From Syntrophorhabdaceae bacterium (lineage in GTDB: Bacteria > Desulfobacterota > Syntrophorhabdia > Syntrophorhabdales > Syntrophorhabdaceae): DNA of 64,000 nt. Below the pieces are notes generated by a model, which made no database searches, had not been told where the DNA came from, and worked only from the letters and a program-made list of their open reading frames with translations. Positions 56,876 to 64,000 of this stretch are shown here, one piece after another. Each line of letters starts with the position of its first letter. Position 1 is the stretch's first letter. The position numbers and the translations under genes are program-made. Where the stretch lies: positions 3,584,001-3,648,000 of the forward strand of contig OY762209.1 in NCBI GenBank assembly GCA_963665295.1. The letters are read 5' to 3'.

Positions 56876-57691
56876 ATGAAAATAGCCGGAATACAGTTCG
56901 CATGCTCCAAGGATAAAGAGAAGAATACGGAAAAGGCGCTGAAGATCGTCGATATGGCCATCGAGGCGGGGGCAGAAATTATCTGTTTGCAGGAGCTTTT
57001 TAACCTGCCCTGGTTTCCCAAAGGCAAGGACGAGCAGGCCTTCTCCATGGCTGAACCGGTCGAAGGGGATCTGGTGAAGCGGATACAGGATAAGAGCGCG
57101 TCAAGCAACACGGTGATCCTCGTACCTCTCTTTGAAAAGGAAGGTCCCCGCTACTTCAATAGTTGTGTTGTTGTCGATCGGGGCGAAGTAAAGGGGGTAT
57201 ACAGGAAGATTCACGTCCCTGATATCCCGTTGTGGGAGGAGAAATTTTACTTTTCCACCGGCGATAAGGGGTTTCCCGTGTTTGAAACCTCCCGCGGAAA
57301 GGTAGGGGTCCAGATATCGTGGGATAACCTTTTTCAGGAAGGGACGAGAATACTCTCTCTGAAGGGCGCTGATATGGTGTTTGCTCCCACTGCGTGCGCT
57401 TTCAAATCGCAGCATATATGGCAGACCGTCATATCGGGGAACGCCATCACCAATGGCCTCTATGTGATGAGGATCAACAGGGTGGGAAGCGAGGATGTCC
57501 AGGATTTCTATGGCATGAGCTTCTGCGTGAACCCTGAGGGAGAGCTTATTGGCGGTCCCACCGGGGGCGGCGACAGCGTGCTGCTCGCGGACGTGGACCT
57601 GGAGTATTTGAAGCAGGTGAGGAGGGAATGGCCTATAATGAGAGAGAGAAGGCCGGACCTTTACAAAGAGATATTAATGGAGGCCCTATGA
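56876..57691 (+). CDS. Carbon-nitrogen hydrolase (nitrilase superfamily) with Ser at the catalytic Cys position
   Basis: ICLQELF, YFNS, YRKIHVP, EKFYF..GD, GVQISWD..F.E, NRVG.E, FYG.SF. Confidence 0.88.
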   Translation: MKIAGIQFACSKDKEKNTEKALKIVDMAIEAGAEIICLQELFNLPWFPKGKDEQAFSMAEPVEGDLVKRIQDKSASSNTVILVPLFEKEGPRYFNSCVVVDRGEVKGVYRKIHVPDIPLWEEKFYFSTGDKGFPVFETSRGKVGVQISWDNLFQEGTRILSLKGADMVFAPTACAFKSQHIWQTVISGNAITNGLYVMRINRVGSEDVQDFYGMSFCVNPEGELIGGPTGGGDSVLLADVDLEYLKQVRREWPIMRERRPDLYKEILMEAL

Positions 57692-57858
57692 GTGATGAAC
57701 CTCCCGTTTGCACCATATGTGCGTGGAGAAAGGATTGTCAGAAAAGGTTTCTGAAAAGCCGCGAAATCAAATTGAGGTGTCCTGATTTTGCAAAGGACCT
57801 GTCGATAAAGAATACGGAGAAAGCGGATGCTGAAAAGAAAGATAGCGGCCATAATTGA
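57688..57858 (+). CDS. Small four-cysteine protein
   Basis: CTICAWRKDC....RCPDF; GGAGG RBS; overlaps both neighbours. Confidence 0.6.
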   Translation: MSDEPPVCTICAWRKDCQKRFLKSREIKLRCPDFAKDLSIKNTEKADAEKKDSGHN

Positions 57859-59485
57859 AGGCTCGCTGGATAGTTACAGGGCAAAAGGGGCAATACCCCC
57901 GGACCTCGTTCTAAAACCTATTATTGAATCCCCCAGAGAAGAGGGATTTGGCGATTATTCCTCGAATATTGCCTTTTTCCTCGCGCCGAAATTCAGGAAG
58001 AGCCCTCCCGAGATAGCGAAAATGCTCGTTGAAGCCATGGTCTTTGACGATGTATGCGACAAGGTGGAAGTGGCCGGCAAGGGGTTCATCAATTTTTACC
58101 TCAAGGACGGGGCTTGGCGAAAGGCCCTGAAGGAAGTGCATGACGCAGGCGTGGGTTCTCTTTACCCGGACGTGGGACGCGGCAGGAAAGCCCTCATAGA
58201 GTTTGTAAGCTCAAACCCCACGGGGCCGCTGCATATAGGCCACGGAAGAGGGGCTGCGGTGGGCGATGTCCTCGCCAACCTGATGAAGAAGACGGGCTAT
58301 GACGTGGTGAAAGAATACTACGTCAATGATGCGGGGAAGCAGATACAAACCCTGGGTGAATCGACCTACCTCAGATGGAAAGAATCGAGGGGAGAAACCG
58401 TCGAATACGGGAAAAACCTTTACCAGGGAGACTACGTAAAAGATATCGCCGCCCTCATTGTCGAGAAGGGTGTTGAAGTGCCGGAAGGCAGGGACGAGGC
58501 GGTGAAGCTCATGGCCTCCTTTGCGGCTGAAGTGGTAATGAAGAGCATTGAAGAAGACCTCGAAGCCTTCGGTGTAAAATTTGACAATTACTTCAGGGAG
58601 TCATCCCTCTATGAGAGGGGCATTGTGGAGGAAACCCTGGAACTGCTCAAGAAAAAAGACTATGCATACGAGAAGGACGATGCCTTGTGGTTCCGGACGA
58701 GCCTCTTTGAAAAGGACGAAGACAGGGTCCTTATCAAGTCGGACGGGGAAAAGACCTATTTTGCTTCGGATATTGCCTACCATCGTGACAAACTCGACAG
58801 GGGTTTCGACCTGCTCGTTGACATCTGGGGTTCCGACCATCACGGGTATATTCCGAGAATGAAGGCCGGCCTGAATGCCCTCGGAAGAGACAAAGAGGCA
58901 TTAAAAGTCCTTCTTATTCAGTTTGTGACCCTGCTGAAGGATGGGAAACCGGTAGGGATGTCGACCAGATCAGGAGAGTTTACCACCTTGAGGGAGGTCC
59001 TGGACGAGGTCGGAACGGATGCGGCGAGATTCTTCTTTCTCATGAGAAAGAGCGACGCCCATCTGGAGTTCGACCTTGACCTTGCGAAAAAGACGTCGAA
59101 TGAGAACCCTGTTTATTATGTCCAGTATGCCCATGCAAGAATCGAGAGCATTTTCAGGAAAGCGGGAGAGAGCGGCATTGACCTGGGATTGGTGGACAGG
59201 GCCAATACGGACCTTCTTACGCTTAAGGAGGAGATGAACCTGATCAAGGCCATTCTTGAGTATCACGATGTCCTTGAAGGCGGGGCGCGGAGTTCCGAGC
59301 CTCATCGTGTAACCTTCTACCTCCTCGATCTTGTAGGGAAGTTCCACAGTTACTATAATAAAGCCAGAGTGGTAAGCGATGATACCGAACTAACCCTCGC
59401 CAGGTTGTTTCTCCTCAGGATGTTGCAGGAGATTATCAGGGACGGATTGGCTATTCTCGGTGTGTCCGCGCCCGAGAAGATGTAA
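57827..59485 (+). CDS. argS: Arginine--tRNA ligase
   Basis: FGDYSSN, EFVSSNPTGPLHIGHGR, EYYVNDAG.Q, MSTRSG, YYVQYAHAR, LGVSAPEKM. Confidence 0.98.
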   Translation: MLKRKIAAIIEGSLDSYRAKGAIPPDLVLKPIIESPREEGFGDYSSNIAFFLAPKFRKSPPEIAKMLVEAMVFDDVCDKVEVAGKGFINFYLKDGAWRKALKEVHDAGVGSLYPDVGRGRKALIEFVSSNPTGPLHIGHGRGAAVGDVLANLMKKTGYDVVKEYYVNDAGKQIQTLGESTYLRWKESRGETVEYGKNLYQGDYVKDIAALIVEKGVEVPEGRDEAVKLMASFAAEVVMKSIEEDLEAFGVKFDNYFRESSLYERGIVEETLELLKKKDYAYEKDDALWFRTSLFEKDEDRVLIKSDGEKTYFASDIAYHRDKLDRGFDLLVDIWGSDHHGYIPRMKAGLNALGRDKEALKVLLIQFVTLLKDGKPVGMSTRSGEFTTLREVLDEVGTDAARFFFLMRKSDAHLEFDLDLAKKTSNENPVYYVQYAHARIESIFRKAGESGIDLGLVDRANTDLLTLKEEMNLIKAILEYHDVLEGGARSSEPHRVTFYLLDLVGKFHSYYNKARVVSDDTELTLARLFLLRMLQEIIRDGLAILGVSAPEKM

Positions 59486-59518
59486 TGACGAGACTGATGG
59501 GGCGCTAAAGGAGCAGAG

Positions 59519-60142
59519 ATGGAGAAATCCAAGAGCAAGACAAGAGAATACGCAGAATCACTGATTATCGCGGCTATCATCGCCTTTTTCGTGAGAAGTT
59601 TTTTTATCCAGGCTTTCAAGATCCCCTCGAGTTCCATGGAGCCGACCCTCCTTATCGGCGACCATCTCCTGGTTAACCGTATGAGTTATGTGGTGAAGGT
59701 CCCCTTTACCGACATAGTGATACTGAATACCGGCAAACCGAAGAGGGGGGATGTGGTGGTCTTCCGCTATCCCGTGGACACGAGCAAGGACTTCATCAAG
59801 AGGGTAATCGCCACGGAAGGCGATAAAGTGGAGATAAGGGACAAGGCTGTCTATATCAACGGGAAGAAGACGAGCGACCCCTGGGGGCGCTATGTCGATG
59901 AGGCAATCGTACCGGCCTTCCTTTCGCCGAAGGACAACCTGGCTCCCGTTGTAGTCCCCAAGGACTCGTATTTTGTCATGGGCGACAACAGGGACAGAAG
60001 TCTTGACAGCAGGTTCTGGGGCTTTGTGAAGAAGGAGCTTTTTGTAGGTAAAGCGCTCGTGATCTATTTTTCGTGGGACGGCAATTCACAGGATCTGCTC
60101 CACTACATACGGTGGGAGAGATTGGGCAAACTGATCAAGTAG
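59519..60142 (+). CDS. lepB: Signal peptidase I
   Basis: IPSSSMEPTL..GD, RGDVVVF, FIKRVI, GDNRD.S.DSRFWG. Confidence 0.97.
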   Translation: MEKSKSKTREYAESLIIAAIIAFFVRSFFIQAFKIPSSSMEPTLLIGDHLLVNRMSYVVKVPFTDIVILNTGKPKRGDVVVFRYPVDTSKDFIKRVIATEGDKVEIRDKAVYINGKKTSDPWGRYVDEAIVPAFLSPKDNLAPVVVPKDSYFVMGDNRDRSLDSRFWGFVKKELFVGKALVIYFSWDGNSQDLLHYIRWERLGKLIK

Positions 60143-60213
60143 GCAGGACCTCCGTACATGGTTTTTTTGATTGATGTGTGGTACAATTTTTGAATGATAA
60201 CGTATGGAGTTTT

Positions 60214-61884
60214 ATGAAAAAATGGATTCTCGTTTCCCTTCTGTTCCTCCTCGTTTTTCCTTTAACGCCCGCATCGGGAACTGATTATTCGGCGTCGGTC
60301 CTCTCATTCCTGAAAGGCTACAGAACGGAAGTTCGCGGTCAGTACGACGCGGCTATGGAGTTCTATAATTCCGCCCTTAAGGCAGACCCCGGTTCCGCCG
60401 ACATAAGGACCGGGCTTGCCCTGCTTTATATCAAGAAGGGGGAAGTGAGAAAGGCAGAGGAACTGCTCAGGCAGGCCATAGAGATCAATGGAAAGAGCAG
60501 GAACGCGCTCATTCTCCTCGGGAGCCTCTACTCGGCAACGGGTCAGGCGAGGAAAGCCAAACCCCTGTATGAGAAATGTATCGAACTGGACGGCGAGGAC
60601 ACCGAGGCGTACCTTTATCTCAGTTCGATATACATTGCGGAGAAGGATTTTGCGGCAGCATTGAAGACCTACCAGAAGATCCTCTCCTATGACGACGATA
60701 ATGTGTTGACCCTATACTACATAGGGAGACTGAATGCCGAACTGAAAGAGTACGAAAAGGCAAAGACCTACTTCAATAAAGCGCTCAGCCTCAAGCCCAA
60801 TTTTGAGCCGGCCCTCCTTGATCTGGGCACCATCTACGAGATAGAGGGTAGCTTCGACAAGGCTATCGAGGTCTATCAGAAGATACTGATCATGGACCCG
60901 GGGAATAAGAAGGCGCTGTCGAGGATCGCTGCCCTGTACGTGCGAAAAGGGCAGTATGACAGGGCCATTCACGAATTCGAGAAGCTTTCCGACATGGACA
61001 AGGGGGATGTGTCGATCAGGGTCAAAATAGGTCTTCTTCACCTTGAAGAAGGAAGATATGACGAGGCAATCAGAGAGTTTAACTTTCTTCTCGCGTCTCA
61101 ACCTAATAACAGCGCGGTGCGCTATTACCTTGCCATCGCGTGGAGGGAGAAAGGAGACTCAAGGGAAGCGATAAACCAACTGTTGAAGATTGACCCGAAG
61201 TCGGAAGAATTTTCCGACGCAATGAAGAGCCTTACCTTCCTCTATATAAAAACAGGGGCCTTTGACGAAGGCATAGAAAAAATAAAGGGCCTGGTTGCGG
61301 AGAAGAAGGACGATGTGGACTTCCATATCCTCCTTTCAACACTGTACGAGGAAAAGGGCGAGTACCTGTCGGGTATCGGGACCCTCGAGGAAGTAAGGGC
61401 AAAACACCCCGATAATATTGACGTAATATATCAGATCGGGATGTTGTACGAGAAGGCAGGCAATACGGATAAAGCCTTGGAGTACATGGGGGAGGTGCTC
61501 AAACTGGACCCTGAATATGCGCATGCCCTCAATTTCATCGGTTATACCTGGGCGGAAAAAGGCATTAACCTCGACAAAGCAGAGGACATGGTAAAGAGGG
61601 CATTAAAAAAGAGACCGGATGACGGTTATATCCTGGACAGTATAGGCTGGGTCTATTACAAGAAGGGGAATTACAAAATGGCCCTCACGGAGATATTGAA
61701 GGCGTACCAGAAGTTGCCTGACGATCCGACCATCGCGGAACACCTGGGGGATGTTTATATGGGGCTGGGAGAATATCGGAAGGCCCTGGACTTGTTTGCC
61801 GCATCATCCAAGCTTGAAAAGAAGGAAGACAAGAAGAAGCTCCTTGAAAAGAAAATGAAGGAAGTCCAGCAGAAGATAAAGTGA
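60214..61884 (+). CDS. Exported tetratricopeptide-repeat protein
   Basis: Signal peptide; many TPRs; C-terminal ALNFIGY..A, YILDSIGW.YYK.G, EHLGD. Confidence 0.9.
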   Translation: MKKWILVSLLFLLVFPLTPASGTDYSASVLSFLKGYRTEVRGQYDAAMEFYNSALKADPGSADIRTGLALLYIKKGEVRKAEELLRQAIEINGKSRNALILLGSLYSATGQARKAKPLYEKCIELDGEDTEAYLYLSSIYIAEKDFAAALKTYQKILSYDDDNVLTLYYIGRLNAELKEYEKAKTYFNKALSLKPNFEPALLDLGTIYEIEGSFDKAIEVYQKILIMDPGNKKALSRIAALYVRKGQYDRAIHEFEKLSDMDKGDVSIRVKIGLLHLEEGRYDEAIREFNFLLASQPNNSAVRYYLAIAWREKGDSREAINQLLKIDPKSEEFSDAMKSLTFLYIKTGAFDEGIEKIKGLVAEKKDDVDFHILLSTLYEEKGEYLSGIGTLEEVRAKHPDNIDVIYQIGMLYEKAGNTDKALEYMGEVLKLDPEYAHALNFIGYTWAEKGINLDKAEDMVKRALKKRPDDGYILDSIGWVYYKKGNYKMALTEILKAYQKLPDDPTIAEHLGDVYMGLGEYRKALDLFAASSKLEKKEDKKKLLEKKMKEVQQKIK

Positions 61885-62396
61885 AAAGAGGACTGATATG
61901 GATATGTGTATTGTTCCTCCTTTCGGGATGCGCCTTGCTTCCCACCAAAGCTCGCCAAATAGACTGGCCTGAGAAAATACAATACATGGAAGCCCTGTGC
62001 GAACTGGACATGGCGTGGAAGGACATGAACTACACCGGTTCCATGTCGCTCAAGGTCGACTATCCCGAGCAGTTCCAGTTTGAGGTCTACGGTCCTTTCG
62101 GAGACACCATAGTATATTTGAAAAAGGACAGGGGTGCATTTCTGCTCCTCGCCGGGGACGAAAAGTTTACCGATGAAAAGGCTTTTGAAAAGAAGTTTGA
62201 TATTAAATTGAGCGAGTTTGTGGACGATATCACTTTCCACAGCCAGGGAGACGCGAACACGGCAGGGAAGACGGTCGTGAGAGACCGTTACCGCGTAACA
62301 TATCAACTGGGCGGAAATACGAGCAGGATCTGTTGGCAGGGGGCTGAAGGCAGGATATGTGTAAGGTTCCTGGACGCGCGCTTCAGTAAAGAGTGA
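61881..62396 (+). CDS. Lipoprotein, LolB-like fold probable
   Basis: Lipobox LLSGC; EVYGPFG motif; follows the TPR gene as in TPR-lolB loci. Confidence 0.6.
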   Translation: MKRGLIWICVLFLLSGCALLPTKARQIDWPEKIQYMEALCELDMAWKDMNYTGSMSLKVDYPEQFQFEVYGPFGDTIVYLKKDRGAFLLLAGDEKFTDEKAFEKKFDIKLSEFVDDITFHSQGDANTAGKTVVRDRYRVTYQLGGNTSRICWQGAEGRICVRFLDARFSKE

Positions 62397-62400
62397 TCCT

Positions 62401-63462
62401 GTGGAAAAGGTTATTATCGGTTCATGTGCAGACTATGACGTAGTGCGCATAAAAGACTTCCTTGCAAAGGGCTTTCGGGAATCCGGTTTTGAGATAAGAG
62501 GCGGGAGAGTCCTGTTGAAGCCCAATCTCCTCAGCGGTAAAGCTCCCGGGAAAGCGGTCACAACCCATCCGGCAATAATCAGAGCCCTCGGCGAGTTACT
62601 CCTCGACGCGGGGTGCACAGTTTATGTTGGAGATAGTCCTGGCTATGAATCAACCGAGAAAGTTCTTCAATTATCTGGTATTATGGATGTTGTTAAAAGT
62701 ATTGGATTAAGTGTTGCCAATTTTGATGGCAGAATTATTAAGAAAAATGATGGCATTTCGCCCTACAAAGCCTTCACTTTCGGAGAAGACCCTCGGTTGT
62801 ACGACGGGATCATCAATTTACCCAAATTAAAGACCCACACCATGATGGGACTTACCCTGGGGGTCAAGAATACCTTCGGCTTCATCCCCTCCAAAGAGAA
62901 AGCGAGATGGCACCTGAGGGCCGGCAAGGACAGGTTGCTCTTTGCGGCGGTTCTCATAGACATCCATAACCTCGTGAAACCCTCGCTCACGGTTCTTGAC
63001 GGGATCACGGGCATGGACGGTCAAGGGCCCTCCAGCGGGAGGCCACGGCAACTCGGGATGGTTGCCATGTCCCGGGACGCATATGCCCTTGACAGGGCCG
63101 TGGAAGGCATCGTAGGGCTTTCTACTCCGTTGCCCATCAGTGAAGTGGCGAAGGAGCACGGCCTGTTGGGGGACTACGATCTGGTTGATTTCGGGGCTCC
63201 CCCTATAGAGGCATTCAAAATGGCCGATGAGATGGACACGGACTGGCCTTTGCCGGACTTTGCCAAGAGGATTCTCAAGAATTTTTTCGTGAGAAAACCA
63301 AAATTACGCAAAAAGTTGTGCAAGGGTTGTGAGTTGTGTGTTAACGTCTGTCCGGCAAAGGCGCTGGTCATGGTGGGGGGACTGCCTTCATTCGATTATA
63401 AGTCATGTATCCGTTGCTATTGCTGCCAGGAGATGTGTCCTGAAGGGAGCATAAGAGTATAA
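62401..63462 (+). CDS. DUF362 domain protein with a C-terminal 2x[4Fe-4S] ferredoxin
   Basis: VLLKPNLL, VTTHP, INLPKLKTH, GVKN.FG, DGI.GM.G.GP; CKGCELC...CP and CIRCYCCQEMCP. Confidence 0.9.
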   Translation: MEKVIIGSCADYDVVRIKDFLAKGFRESGFEIRGGRVLLKPNLLSGKAPGKAVTTHPAIIRALGELLLDAGCTVYVGDSPGYESTEKVLQLSGIMDVVKSIGLSVANFDGRIIKKNDGISPYKAFTFGEDPRLYDGIINLPKLKTHTMMGLTLGVKNTFGFIPSKEKARWHLRAGKDRLLFAAVLIDIHNLVKPSLTVLDGITGMDGQGPSSGRPRQLGMVAMSRDAYALDRAVEGIVGLSTPLPISEVAKEHGLLGDYDLVDFGAPPIEAFKMADEMDTDWPLPDFAKRILKNFFVRKPKLRKKLCKGCELCVNVCPAKALVMVGGLPSFDYKSCIRCYCCQEMCPEGSIRV

Positions 63463-63479
63463 ACAAGAGGGAGAGAAAC

Positions 63480-63779
63480 ATGAAAGAGATAGCTCAGGAA
63501 AGATGCAGAAGGTGCGGTGAAGAGGGCCGGGAGGTAGGCGTGAGGGGTGAGGGTACAGGTGAGCCGACCGTGCTCTGTGCGGACTGCCTGGAGGCGGTGT
63601 ATCCCGAGGGGAGAGGACTGCCGGTCGCCATGGACATGGACGGAAACCTTTACTTCATAAATAAGCCCAAGAACTGCATGATCATACTGTTTGCTTACGG
63701 CGATACGCCCTATACGGCGTGTACGGAAGTGAGCCTTGAAGACGAAGAGGAGTGCGGTTGCGGCTTTACGCTCTGTTAA
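63480..63779 (+). CDS. Small Cys-rich hypothetical protein
   Basis: CRRC, CADC, CGC motifs; GGGAGAG RBS. Confidence 0.5.
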   Translation: MKEIAQERCRRCGEEGREVGVRGEGTGEPTVLCADCLEAVYPEGRGLPVAMDMDGNLYFINKPKNCMIILFAYGDTPYTACTEVSLEDEEECGCGFTLC

Positions 63780-63811
63780 CCCGGATGGGTGGCTGTCATG
63801 GGGACAGGCGG

Positions 63812-64000
63812 TCATCCTCCCCCAAGAGGAGGGAATACGCTTATCACGTCGCCGTCCCGGGCAAGGTAGCTTTCGTCCACATGAGAGCCCTTCACTAAAA
63901 TGATCCTCGGCGCATCAGAGGGGAATCCCAGGTCCGCCATAATCTCGGCGGCCGTTTTTTCCCCCTGGAAGCTTAGCTTTACGGCGAAACCCGCGCGGCC
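63812..64000 (-). CDS. MoaD/ThiS-family sulfur-carrier protein (5' end beyond window)
   Basis: Minus frame ..IILVKGSHVDESYLARDGDVISVFPPLGGG*; di-Gly terminus; absent from the supplied ORF track. Confidence 0.88.
   Translation of the reverse strand, partial: GRAGFAVKLSFQGEKTAAEIMADLGFPSDAPRIILVKGSHVDESYLARDGDVISVFPPLGGG

Overview
A 64-kb bacterial chromosomal window. Gene content (Tat flavocytochrome, desulfoferrodoxin/rubrerythrin, large sigma54 activator, putative selenoprotein) suggests an anaerobic deltaproteobacterium (Desulfobacterota, Syntrophorhabdus-like); this is an inference. Housekeeping blocks lie at both ends: uvrB-uvrC on the left; glmS-glmU-tatC-tatB, perR-cydAB-dfx-rbr and argS-lepB-TPR-LolB-like on the right. 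The accessory middle contains: (i) a DUF134/NifX/FmdB/flavoprotein cluster with a YeeE-family gene carrying an in-frame UGA at a conserved Cys plus a SECIS-like hairpin, and a shared CATATG-centred operator candidate; (ii) an IS630 element splitting a transglutaminase-like gene; (iii) a xanthine-dehydrogenase-family operon whose FAD subunit has a GltD-like module inserted, divergent from a sigma54 activator; (iv) a Tat-exported flavocytochrome c pair; (v) an AT-richer defence island directly downstream of glmS (~35.2-47.8 kb). The island is the best candidate for an unusual system. A CapH-like XRE repressor and a CapP-like HExxH peptidase (split by an IS3-like element with a 3-bp duplication) sit opposite an operon for a metallo-beta-lactamase-fold protein ending in Gly, an E2-E1-JAB fusion and a membrane protein. 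A Lit-like peptidase, decayed antitoxins and a MITE-like element are also present. All family calls come from motif recognition by eye; no database searches were run. No rRNA, tRNA or CRISPR array was seen.
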